Source of the DNA: an uncultured Staphylococcaceae bacterium
GTDB lineage: Bacteria > Bacillota_I > Bacilli_A > RFN20 > CAG-826
Reading direction: 5' to 3'
Assembly (NCBI GenBank): GCA_964654155.1
Contig: CAZZGL010000004.1
Span: 1-52,670, forward strand
Length of the DNA stretch: 52,670 nucleotides
The translations under genes were made by a program, and so were the position numbers. The first letter of the stretch is position 1, and each line of letters starts with the position of its first letter. Below, in pieces: positions 29,873-38,905 of the stretch. The notes beneath the pieces were generated by a model. It saw only the letters and a program-made list of their open reading frames with translations. It made no database searches and had not been told where the DNA came from.

Positions 29873-32206
29873 TTATTTTTTCCAAAAACCAGCAGATAAT
29901 CTCTTAATTTCATCTTCACTATAAACAACTTTATAATGATTCCATTCATTTTTAAATAAATATTGATATGTACGATGAAGAAAACGATCATCTATTAAAA
30001 GAATCATTCCTTTATCAGTTTCGCTTCTAATGACCCTACCAACAGCCTGCATAACTCTATTCATTCCTGGATTAACATAACTAAAAAGATAACCTTTTTC
30101 TTCTTTTTCATCATAATATTTTTTTATTAAGTTACGCTCAAAAGATATCGTTGGTAATCCAACACCAACAACAACCGCTCCAATAAGGCGATCATCAATC
30201 AAATCAATTCCTTCACTAAAAGCGCCACCTAAAACGACAAAGCCAACCGTAGTAATTGTAGGATTAGATTTAAATTGATTTAAAAAATTAATTTTATCCT
30301 TTTCTTTCATATCTTTACTTTGTACAATTAAGTTTATATTATCAATTTCAAAGCATTCTAGTACAGAATTTAAATATGCATAAGATGGAAAGAAAACAAA
30401 ATAATTACCAACTTTATTTTCAACAAACGCTTTAATCGATAAAGCTACTTTTTCATAAGTTTTATCTCTATCCTTATATTTTGTAGAAATATTAGGTTGA
30501 ACCATTAATAACAGATTTTCTTTAGGAAATGGTGAAGGCAAAATTAATAAAGGATCATCTTCATTTCCCCCTAATACATCAACATAATAATCACTCGGCG
30601 ATAATGTTGCTGAAAAGAAAACACTTGCAAATAAATTTGAGGTCGTTCTACTTAAGTGACGGCTTGGATCTAGACATAAAAGCTTAATATTACATTCATT
30701 TTTTGATGATTTCTCTATCATTAAGGAAAAAGAATCATCATATAATTCATAGAGTTTCAAAAATCTATTTACATCAAAAAAGAAATCTAAAAATGCATTA
30801 TTAACTACATCAGGATGTTTTTTTAATATCGTTTGACAAACGGTAATAAATTTTTCAAAAATTCTTAAATAACTATAATCGATATCATCTATTATTGATA
30901 TTTCATCTTCATATATTTTTTTTATTTCTTTCCATAGTTTATTAAAGCGCTTTATTATATTTTTAAAATCTTTGTTTTGAAAATCGGATAATGATTTTTT
31001 CATTTCAAGATATCTTTGATAACTTATTATTGTCGAATACATATCTCTTCCTCTTTCAACTAGATTATGAGCTTCATCGACTAAAGCTATATAGGAAGAA
31101 GCATCTTCATCAAAATATCTTCGCATATAAACCATTGGATCAAATAAATAATTATAATCACATATAATAATGTCGGTATATAAAGACAAATCTAATTCCA
31201 ATTCAAAAGGACATACTTCATATTTTGAAGCAATATCTATGATTCTTTCATAATTAAAATAATCATAAATTAGAATTGATTCTCGAAGTATCTGCTGTAT
31301 TTTTAAATAATAATCTTTAGCAAATGGACATTCATCAGGATTACAAGAGGCACCAGTTTGAAAGCAAATCTTTTCTTTTGCGGTTATTTCAATCATTGAA
31401 CCTTTAAAGCCTTTTTCTTTTAATAAAAGACAAGCATTAAATGCCGCTTCCCGTCCACTTGTTTTTGCTGTTAAATAAAATATTTTTTCATTATGTCCAT
31501 CTTTAAATGACTTAACAAAAGGAAAAAGTGTTGACATTGTTTTTCCTATGCCTGTTGGAGCTTCAACGAATAATTTGCCACCTTTTAAAGCTATTCCATA
31601 ACAGTATTTTGATAATTCCCTTTGTCCTTGTCTAAAATTATTAAAAGGGAATTCTAAGGTTTCACTAGACAGGTTACGATTAATTTTATTTCGATAAATA
31701 ATTTCATAAAAAGATAAATATTGATGTAATAAATTTATTACTTTTTTTTCTAATTCCTCAGTTTTATAATGATATTCAAAGATTTTTTGTCTATTTTCAA
31801 CTTGAGAAATATAAGTTAAACGAATATCTATTTCTTCTAAGTCATTGTCAATTGCGTACATTAAAGCATAACACTCCGCTTGCCCTAAATGCCACGCATT
31901 TTGACTTTCTTTAAATTCGTCTAAATCTATAACTGTCGATTTAATTTCATCAATTATTACTCTTCTTGGAAGAACTATAACTCCATCCGCACGACCTTCT
32001 AAAGTTACTTCAAATCCATCAATAAAAAAAGTATTTTTTAAATATACTTCACTTTGATAATAAGAAGATTGCTTTTTTTGATAAATTGCATGTATTCTGC
32101 TACCTTCAGACATTGATGCTTTATTATAAACACGATTATCAATATCTCCAGTTCGAAGAAGAAAATCCACTAGTTGGTGAACAGAAAGCTTCAATTGAGG
32201 AACCAT
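29873..32206 (-). CDS. DinG/XPD (YoaA-like) Fe-S DNA helicase with an N-terminal PD-(D/E)XK nuclease domain
   Basis: GRADG..IDEIKS nuclease motif; APTGIGKT, DEAHN, SATL and QAVGRVIR helicase motifs; Fe-S cysteines. Confidence 0.9.
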   Translation of the reverse strand: MVPQLKLSVHQLVDFLLRTGDIDNRVYNKASMSEGSRIHAIYQKKQSSYYQSEVYLKNTFFIDGFEVTLEGRADGVIVLPRRVIIDEIKSTVIDLDEFKESQNAWHLGQAECYALMYAIDNDLEEIDIRLTYISQVENRQKIFEYHYKTEELEKKVINLLHQYLSFYEIIYRNKINRNLSSETLEFPFNNFRQGQRELSKYCYGIALKGGKLFVEAPTGIGKTMSTLFPFVKSFKDGHNEKIFYLTAKTSGREAAFNACLLLKEKGFKGSMIEITAKEKICFQTGASCNPDECPFAKDYYLKIQQILRESILIYDYFNYERIIDIASKYEVCPFELELDLSLYTDIIICDYNYLFDPMVYMRRYFDEDASSYIALVDEAHNLVERGRDMYSTIISYQRYLEMKKSLSDFQNKDFKNIIKRFNKLWKEIKKIYEDEISIIDDIDYSYLRIFEKFITVCQTILKKHPDVVNNAFLDFFFDVNRFLKLYELYDDSFSLMIEKSSKNECNIKLLCLDPSRHLSRTTSNLFASVFFSATLSPSDYYVDVLGGNEDDPLLILPSPFPKENLLLMVQPNISTKYKDRDKTYEKVALSIKAFVENKVGNYFVFFPSYAYLNSVLECFEIDNINLIVQSKDMKEKDKINFLNQFKSNPTITTVGFVVLGGAFSEGIDLIDDRLIGAVVVGVGLPTISFERNLIKKYYDEKEEKGYLFSYVNPGMNRVMQAVGRVIRSETDKGMILLIDDRFLHRTYQYLFKNEWNHYKVVYSEDEIKRLSAGFWKK

Positions 32207-32325
32207 AATTTTCTCCTTTCAAAACATAGTCTTATTATATCTTTTGATACAAATTAAAAAAAGACTTTTATACATATTATCTATCAAATTTTTAATAAAA
32301 TATCTTTAAAAAATCTAATTATTAA

Positions 32326-32401
32326 GAAAAAAACAAGGTGTTAAACCTTGCTTTATCTAAATTTGCTAAGTTGTGTGAAGGAGGTATAATTTTATTACAC
32401 C
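32326..32401 (-). ncRNA. Candidate ~75-nt sRNA with an anti-SD sequence, ending in a terminator
   Basis: 5' hairpin GGUGUAAU-AAA-AUUAUACC, then UCCUUCACAC (ACCUCCUU anti-SD), then terminator AAAGCAAGGU-UUAAC-ACCUUGUUUUUUU; CATATGATA just upstream. Confidence 0.45.
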
Positions 32402-32490
32402 ATATCATATGCTTAAAAACAATAATTTAGGCGACTTTAGCCCATTATTTATTAAAATCCATTTATGCCTAATAAATGGACTAAATTAGC

Positions 32491-33423
32491 CTATTTAGCA
32501 ATTAATCCATCAACTTTAACTCCGTTTAAAAACGAAGAAGCATCCATTTTTGATTTACCCTCTTTTTGTATTTTTAGAATTTCGATTCTTCCATCTTTTA
32601 ATTGTAACACTAATTTTCTATCAATATTTTCGATTTTTCCTACTTTACCGATTTTTTTATCAAAAATCTTAGCTTTTAATATTTTCCATTTCTGATTATT
32701 AACAATTATATATCCACCTGGTTCATCACTGAGTCCTCGAATCCAGCCTAAAAATTCATTCATATTTAAATCAAAAGAAAGCTTTTCTTGTTCTTTTTTT
32801 ATCGTTGGTGAAAATGTGACAAATTTTTCATCTTGCATTATCCCCACAAGTTTACCACCAACATAATCCGGTAATGATTCTAATATTAATTCTTTTGCCG
32901 CTTCACCAATTTTTGCAAATAATGAAGTTGAATTATCTTCTTGATCTATTTTAACTTTTTTAAATGCATACATTCTTCCTGCATCCATCGATGCGGTCAT
33001 TTCCATTAAGGTTACTCCAGTTTCTTCTTCATTATTAATTAATGCGTATTGAATAGGGGCCGCTCCACGATATTTTGGAAGCAATGAACCATGTAAATTA
33101 ATACATCCTAATCGAGGAATATCTAATACTTCTTGAGGGACTATTTGACCATATGCAAGAGTTATTATTAAATCAGGATTCAATTCTTTTAAAAAATCAT
33201 ACTCTAAACGAATTTTAAATGGTTGAAACACTGGAATGTTATATTTTAACGCCACTTCTTTTGTCGGAACTGGATATAATTCTTTTTTTCTTCCAATTGG
33301 TTTATCTGGTTGAGCAATTAATCCAACAATATTATATCCATCTATAATTAATGCTTCTAAAACATTCTTTGCAATTATTGGTGTTCCCATAAATACAATT
33401 CTTAAATTTGATTTATCCATCAA
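32491..33423 (-). CDS. fmt: Methionyl-tRNA formyltransferase
   Basis: IVFMGTP, QPDKPIGR, INLHGSLLPKYRGAAPIQ and MDAG motifs. Confidence 0.96.
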   Translation of the reverse strand: MMDKSNLRIVFMGTPIIAKNVLEALIIDGYNIVGLIAQPDKPIGRKKELYPVPTKEVALKYNIPVFQPFKIRLEYDFLKELNPDLIITLAYGQIVPQEVLDIPRLGCINLHGSLLPKYRGAAPIQYALINNEEETGVTLMEMTASMDAGRMYAFKKVKIDQEDNSTSLFAKIGEAAKELILESLPDYVGGKLVGIMQDEKFVTFSPTIKKEQEKLSFDLNMNEFLGWIRGLSDEPGGYIIVNNQKWKILKAKIFDKKIGKVGKIENIDRKLVLQLKDGRIEILKIQKEGKSKMDASSFLNGVKVDGLIAK

Positions 33424-33479
33424 AATCGCCTCTTTTCTTTACCTATAAATAATATATAGGAAAAGAATATTTTTCTCAA

Positions 33480-33797
33480 TTAAGAAAGTAAACTTCCAAA
33501 TAGTTTTGCAAAAAATTCTAATATTGAACTAACCAAAGATGTTATAATGGTTCCTAATTTATTTGTGGCTTCCCCTAAATTATTTGATGTATCAACATAA
33601 GCATCTTCATTTCCTTCAATATTTCCATCCTTAATAATTATACCTGCTTCAATGTCATCTTCTAAATCACCAATTGTTTCTTGTATGGAGTTTTGATTCT
33701 TCACCGAATCACTTTCTGTTTCTGAAAATGATATTAAACTTGTTAGAATTATACCTAATACCAAAACAACTAAAACATTTTTCCAAAATCCTTTCAT
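33480..33797 (-). CDS. YqxA-like (DUF3679-like) small membrane protein
   Basis: 105 aa with an N-terminal TM and a C-terminal amphipathic helix; position downstream of gpr as in B. subtilis gpr-spoIIP-yqxA-lepA. Confidence 0.5.
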   Translation of the reverse strand: MKGFWKNVLVVLVLGIILTSLISFSETESDSVKNQNSIQETIGDLEDDIEAGIIIKDGNIEGNEDAYVDTSNNLGEATNKLGTIITSLVSSILEFFAKLFGSLLS

Positions 33798-33848
33798 ATT
33801 TCATCACCATCATAAATATATATTTTTAATATTGGTTTTTATGTCGAA

Positions 33849-34703
33849 TTAAGATCGAGTGAATGGATTTAAGGCATAATTTATTCCTAAGGAAATATAA
33901 TCCGCTAGAACATTTATTAATCGATCTATTTCTTTACTAGTTACAATATAATTTTGTTTTTTTTCTTCTAATTGTTTTCTTATTTTGTAGGGACTAATCT
34001 TGTTATCATAATCTTTTAAATAATCATATATTAAAAAAGCACTTTCTAAGACAGTTGCCACGCCAATACAAATAACTGGGCACCCCATTGTTTCCTTATC
34101 AATAGGTAAGCGATGATTTAAAACTCCACTTCCAGGACTAATACCAGTATCTGTGATTTGTATAACTTTATATAATCTTGAAATACATGTTGTTGCTAAT
34201 GAATCAACCACAATTATTAAAGAAAAGTTTTCTTTATCTTTTAAAGCTTTAATCATATTTGCAGATTCTAATCCTGTTTTCGACATTACCCCTGGAATAA
34301 AAGACGATACCTTTCGATAATCAATTGATAGATGTTCCTTCAAATGTGAAGTAATAAAAATATTATTAACCACTCTTGGCCCAAGTGCATCACTATTGTA
34401 ATCATCATTTCCAAGGCCAACAACTAATATTTTTTTTGATTTACTAATATGATTCAATTTCATCAGTTTAATGATTTCTCTTGATAATATTTTAATAAAA
34501 TTTTCTTCATCAACATAATTCAAATCCTTAACTTCCAAAGTAATATAATTTCCTTTTTTCTTCTTATATTCATTATCATCTTCTAAAAGTTTTATCCATG
34601 TTACAGTAATATCCTTAAATAAATACTTTTTAGTTTTAATTATTTCTTTCTTTCCTTTATAAACTTCATCGGCAAAATCGTAATAAAAGTCATTTTTCAT
34701 CAC
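33849..34703 (-). CDS. gpr: GPR endopeptidase (spore germination protease, peptidase A25)
   Basis: GNYITLE, LVVGLGN...DALGP, PGVMSKTGLES, VDSLA and IQITDTGISPGSGV motifs; divergent from rpsT. Confidence 0.92.
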   Translation of the reverse strand: MMKNDFYYDFADEVYKGKKEIIKTKKYLFKDITVTWIKLLEDDNEYKKKKGNYITLEVKDLNYVDEENFIKILSREIIKLMKLNHISKSKKILVVGLGNDDYNSDALGPRVVNNIFITSHLKEHLSIDYRKVSSFIPGVMSKTGLESANMIKALKDKENFSLIIVVDSLATTCISRLYKVIQITDTGISPGSGVLNHRLPIDKETMGCPVICIGVATVLESAFLIYDYLKDYDNKISPYKIRKQLEEKKQNYIVTSKEIDRLINVLADYISLGINYALNPFTRS

Positions 34704-34717
34704 TTCACCCCAACACT

Positions 34718-34747
34718 TAGTTTTTCCTTAAAAATATTTATTAATCA
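34718..34747 (-). promoter_or_regulatory. SigF/SigG-like forespore promoter for gpr
   Basis: GGAAAAACTA fits the SigF -10 GGnnAnAnTw; TGATTA upstream is a weaker -35. Confidence 0.5.
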
Positions 34748-34848
34748 TAAATATAAAAATGTTTATTTAAAATAGATATTATTATTTATTATAATTGCAC
34801 TTTTTATCAACTAATCAATCGAAAAATCAGAAAAAAGCACATAAACTC

Positions 34849-34877
34849 TTGAAACAAATCTGTTTATGTGTTACCAT
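34849..34877 (+). promoter_or_regulatory. sigma-A promoter of rpsT
   Basis: TTGAAA-17-TACCAT with a TG extension. Confidence 0.6.
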
Positions 34878-34908
34878 AAACAACGCGTATTGAAAGAGGT
34901 GACCATCC

Positions 34909-35175
34909 ATGGCAAACATCAAATCACAAGTTAAACGTATTAAGACAAATGAAAAAGCAAATGCTCGTAACTCTGCTTTAAAATCCGCTTTAAGAACCGC
35001 AAGCAAAAAAGTTCGCTTAGCTGTTGAAGCAAAAGATTTAGAAAAAGCCGAAGCATTATTAAGAGAAGCTGTTGCCTTAATCGATAAATCAGTCAGCAAA
35101 GGTGTTCAACATAAGAAAACCGCTGCTCGTCAAAAAAGCCATCTCCAAAACTTGGTTAATGGTTTAAAAGCTTAA
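34909..35175 (+). CDS. rpsT: 30S ribosomal protein S20
   Basis: MANIKSQVKRIKT...HKKTAARQKS. Confidence 0.98.
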   Translation: MANIKSQVKRIKTNEKANARNSALKSALRTASKKVRLAVEAKDLEKAEALLREAVALIDKSVSKGVQHKKTAARQKSHLQNLVNGLKA

Positions 35176-35181
35176 GAAATA

Positions 35182-35212
35182 AATTATCACTAGGTTGCCC
35201 TAGTGATTTTTT
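35182..35212 (+). terminator. rpsT terminator (possibly bidirectional with holA)
   Basis: ATCACTAGG-TTGC-CCTAGTGAT plus a T run. Confidence 0.85.
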
Positions 35213-35226
35213 ATTGCTTATTATTA

Positions 35227-36186
35227 CTAAAATTTAATTAAAAACATTTCAAAAGAGAAAAAATTATTAACCTTACCACTTTTAATATTTAAATCAAGAT
35301 TATATAATTCATCAAGTTTCTTGATGATTTTTTTTCGACTTATTTGCTTTAAATGCCCCAAAGCTAATTTTACTCTATATTCATGAATACCTAATTCAGA
35401 AGCAATATCTCTATAAGAAGGTATTTTATTTCTTAAATACTCAACTTCTAATAATAGTCGTAATTGATTGGAGATAAGAGAAATTAGACGAATAGGCTCT
35501 TCATTAGCTACAAGCAAATCTCGATAAATCGCAATTGCTTTATCATTTTGTTTTTTTATTAAATTATCAAATATAGCAAAAGCATTTTCTTCTAAAGGAC
35601 GGGAGACCATTAATTCAACATCTTCTAAAGTAATGTGATCAGTATAAAGCATTAATTTCTTTGCTTCATTTGTAAACCTTAATGCATCACCTTGCACCCT
35701 TAAGGATAATTCTTGAATAGCATCCTCATTAATTGTAACATTTGACTTTTTAAAATAGGATGCTATATATAAAGGCCATTCTTCTTTTGTTATTTCTTTA
35801 GCTTCAATAACACGAGCAACTTTTAACAACTTTTTTACTATGGAAGATTTTTCATTAAGTTTTGCGGATTCTAAAATAAAGATTAAATCATTATAATCAC
35901 TTGGATTATCAAAGTAGTTTTCTAAAGTTTTATATTCTTGAACAGATTCTATCTTTTCTTTGCTTTTTTCTGATGATAAAAAATATGGCTTATAAACCAC
36001 GATTGCTTTTTTATCACCTAATAAAGAAGATAACTCAACTTCAGAAATAATATCTTGAATAGAAGTTTCAGTAGCAATAAATTTCTGTAAATGAAAATCA
36101 TCAATTTCATTAAGATTTTCTTTTAAAATCTTTTTTAATTGCTTATCTAAAATCAAACTTTGTGTTCCAAATAATAAATAAATCAT
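35227..36186 (-). CDS. holA: DNA polymerase III delta subunit
   Basis: MIYLLFG start; IASELGIHEYRVKLA and DLNIKSG; comEC-holA-rpsT synteny. Confidence 0.92.
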   Translation of the reverse strand: MIYLLFGTQSLILDKQLKKILKENLNEIDDFHLQKFIATETSIQDIISEVELSSLLGDKKAIVVYKPYFLSSEKSKEKIESVQEYKTLENYFDNPSDYNDLIFILESAKLNEKSSIVKKLLKVARVIEAKEITKEEWPLYIASYFKKSNVTINEDAIQELSLRVQGDALRFTNEAKKLMLYTDHITLEDVELMVSRPLEENAFAIFDNLIKKQNDKAIAIYRDLLVANEEPIRLISLISNQLRLLLEVEYLRNKIPSYRDIASELGIHEYRVKLALGHLKQISRKKIIKKLDELYNLDLNIKSGKVNNFFSFEMFLIKF

Positions 36187-36243
36187 GTTTTATCCTCTTT
36201 CAAGGGTCATTATATCACATGTTTACTAATCACTTATAAAAAA

Positions 36244-38220
36244 TTAAAAATAAAATTTAATTGTGCCATCTAAATCTGTTCGCTTAATATCTACATTTAA
36301 TAGTTTTAAACGATTTAAAACTTCATCATTTGGATGACCATAAGAATTATTCTTTCCGCACATAATAACCGCGACACTAGGAGAAACTGCTTTTAAAAAA
36401 GATAATGATGAAGAAGTATTTGAACCATGATGACCAATTTTAATATAATCATGTTTTAAATCACTATAATAATCTAATAATTTATGTTCTACTTCTTCTT
36501 CAGCATCGCCCATCAACAACCATTTTTTGTCATTAATTTTAAAAGATAGCACATAAGATTTATTATTTTTTTCTAAAAACTCATTATGCCAAATATTTAA
36601 ATTATTAATATATATGCCATTAAAATTTATTGGAAAAGTTGTCTTAGAATCAATTATATTTGAAATATAACCTTTTTTTATTAATTCTTCTCTACCACCA
36701 TTATGATCTTGATCTTCGTGAGTTATTAATAAATAATCAATTCTTACAATTTGATTCTTTTTAAAAAAAGGAATCAATATTTCGTTTGCAACATCAAAAA
36801 ATGAAGATCCTCCTGTATCAACAAGCATCGTTTTACCTTTATTTCTTATTAAAATCGAATCACCTTGACCAACATTAATAAATGTTATCGATTGTTCATA
36901 TTTATTAAAAGGAATAATTTCGCCTAATATTATTGTACATATTATAAGAAGATTGTTTTTTAAATATTTATAATTATTTTTACCGTATTCGATAACCGAA
37001 AACAAACTAAATAGAATTAATAAAGCAATAATGTAAATTGATATTTTACCTAATATAATATTTATTCTAACATTTTCAATTATTGATAAAAATCCCTTAT
37101 AGACACTACTTATATAATCAATCCCTCTATAATAAGCAATAAACAAAAATACAGTTAAGAACGCATCTATTATGTAAAATAGTGGCGTGATTATGCTTAA
37201 AATCGGTAAAAGTAAATTTATTTCATAATAATTACACCAATTATTAATCATTAATATTATTTGTATAAGTAAGAAAGTTACACCCGTTTTTATTATTTTA
37301 TTCTTTTTACTTATAAGTGGATTAACTAAAGAATAACTTAATAAAATAACATATGAAATAATAAAGCTATTTTGATACGCATAATAGGGATTAATAAATA
37401 ATAAAATAATTGCGGATAAAGATACTTTTTGTAACAATGATACTTTTATTTTTCTTTTTTCATAAAAACAATTAACTAATTCAAAAGTTAATAATCTAAT
37501 CCATAAAAAACGCTTAGGATTAAAAATAATAAATGGTGTTAAAATAAGCCAAAAAATAATTTTTTTAAAAGATTTATTCGCAGATTTTAAAAACTTTCGC
37601 TTAATTAAGGTAAAAAATGAACTTCCTAAACTGATTATTAAATAAAGCTGTAATGATTCACTTTGATAATAAAAATAAGATGTGCGATCAATTTCCCCAA
37701 AAAATAAACTTTTAACCAAAGAAAAAGAATCATCATTAATTTTTCCTTTTAATTTATTAATTAATGATTTTCTTGAAAACAACGAATTAACAATTACTCT
37801 TTCTTCATTAACATATAAGCGATAATAATATCCTTTATTATTTAAATAATTATTAAAATCAAATTTTTCTTCTATTGATTCTTTTTCTAATAAAACTCGT
37901 TTTCCCTTAACTTGAATAATATCCCCTTCATCATATGGATTATTCTTTTCGTAAATATAAAAATTGCCTTTAATAGAAGAAAATAAATAATAATTTTCTT
38001 TAGCTTCTGTCACAATTCCTACATAGTATGATGATGAAATATTAATATTATGCGCCACAAATAATAACAAAAATAATCCACTATAAAAAATTAGTTTTTT
38101 ATTAATTTTATACTTCTTTATATATATAAAAATGAATATTAAAGTTAAAGCAAAAGAAATTAATGATTTTTTTGCATTGATTAAACAAAATAAAATGATT
38201 GCAATAATTAAATACTTCAT
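36244..38220 (-). CDS. comEC: DNA uptake channel ComEC/Rec2 (divergent membrane part plus MBL domain)
   Basis: NVGQGDS, DTGG, THEDQDH, MGDAE, HHGSNTSS and NSYGHP motifs; multi-TM N-terminus; ATGA overlap with comEA. Confidence 0.9.
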   Translation of the reverse strand: MKYLIIAIILFCLINAKKSLISFALTLIFIFIYIKKYKINKKLIFYSGLFLLLFVAHNINISSSYYVGIVTEAKENYYLFSSIKGNFYIYEKNNPYDEGDIIQVKGKRVLLEKESIEEKFDFNNYLNNKGYYYRLYVNEERVIVNSLFSRKSLINKLKGKINDDSFSLVKSLFFGEIDRTSYFYYQSESLQLYLIISLGSSFFTLIKRKFLKSANKSFKKIIFWLILTPFIIFNPKRFLWIRLLTFELVNCFYEKRKIKVSLLQKVSLSAIILLFINPYYAYQNSFIISYVILLSYSLVNPLISKKNKIIKTGVTFLLIQIILMINNWCNYYEINLLLPILSIITPLFYIIDAFLTVFLFIAYYRGIDYISSVYKGFLSIIENVRINIILGKISIYIIALLILFSLFSVIEYGKNNYKYLKNNLLIICTIILGEIIPFNKYEQSITFINVGQGDSILIRNKGKTMLVDTGGSSFFDVANEILIPFFKKNQIVRIDYLLITHEDQDHNGGREELIKKGYISNIIDSKTTFPINFNGIYINNLNIWHNEFLEKNNKSYVLSFKINDKKWLLMGDAEEEVEHKLLDYYSDLKHDYIKIGHHGSNTSSSLSFLKAVSPSVAVIMCGKNNSYGHPNDEVLNRLKLLNVDIKRTDLDGTIKFYF

Positions 38221-38756
38221 GAAAGACAAATATAATTTTTAATCTTTTCAAATGTAGCATTTCCAATACCATTAACTTCTAAAAGCTGCTCTAAAAAAGA
38301 AAATTGACCATTTTGCTCACGATAATCAATAATAGCTTGCGCAATTGTGGAACCTATTCCTTGAACAGTCATTAATGTTTCTTTATCTGCGGTATTAATA
38401 TTTACTTTATTAATAACAACTGGTTCACATATATCAGTTGATTCCACTCTAGGCGCAATATAATAATTTTGTCCATTTTTAAGTGTGCAAGATAAAACAT
38501 AAGCATTTGAATCAGCTTTATCGGTAACTCCTCCTGCAAGAGAAATTAAATCATCTAATGTGTCATCTTCATTTACAATGTAATTCCCTGGATTAACAAC
38601 TTCTCCACTTATTGAAACGGTAATCATATTTCCTTCAATAGAAACCACATTGTTAATTCCACTATTAGGAATTAAGGATACATTAGGATCCATAACCATA
38701 AAAACACCTAGACACACGAATAAAATCGCTAATACTGCAACAATAGTCTTAAACAT
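38217..38756 (-). CDS. comEA: Competence DNA receptor ComEA
   Basis: N-terminal TM; SLBB domain (ISGEVVNPG); HhH (KVNINTA...GIG...AIIDYRE.NG.F...VNGIG). Confidence 0.93.
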   Translation of the reverse strand: MFKTIVAVLAILFVCLGVFMVMDPNVSLIPNSGINNVVSIEGNMITVSISGEVVNPGNYIVNEDDTLDDLISLAGGVTDKADSNAYVLSCTLKNGQNYYIAPRVESTDICEPVVINKVNINTADKETLMTVQGIGSTIAQAIIDYREQNGQFSFLEQLLEVNGIGNATFEKIKNYICLS

Positions 38757-38777
38757 AATTTTTCACCTCTACATATA

Positions 38778-38803
38778 ATTACGAGGCAAAATGAAAAATT
38801 CCT
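38778..38803 (-). promoter_or_regulatory. SigH-like promoter upstream of comEA
   Basis: AGGAATTT-12-CGTAAT; the -35 matches SigH AGGAWWT and the -10 is a variant of GAAT. Confidence 0.45.
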
Positions 38804-38905
38804 AAAAAAATAATGTTTATATTTTCACTATAAAAAATTTTTTAGTATAAATGGTGTTTATTTTTTTAAAAAATAATCTATAATATAAACAGAGGAGGAG
38901 AAAAA

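Noticed and set aside
31800-32206. Cas4-like nuclease domain as evidence for CRISPR-Cas
   Set aside because: It is the N-terminal domain of a common DinG/XPD fusion; no cas genes or repeat-spacer array are seen in the window
32377-32430. Perfect plus-strand SD (GAAGGAGGT) suggesting a small peptide gene
   Set aside because: No ATG/GTG/TTG at a suitable spacing; better explained as an anti-SD on the minus strand
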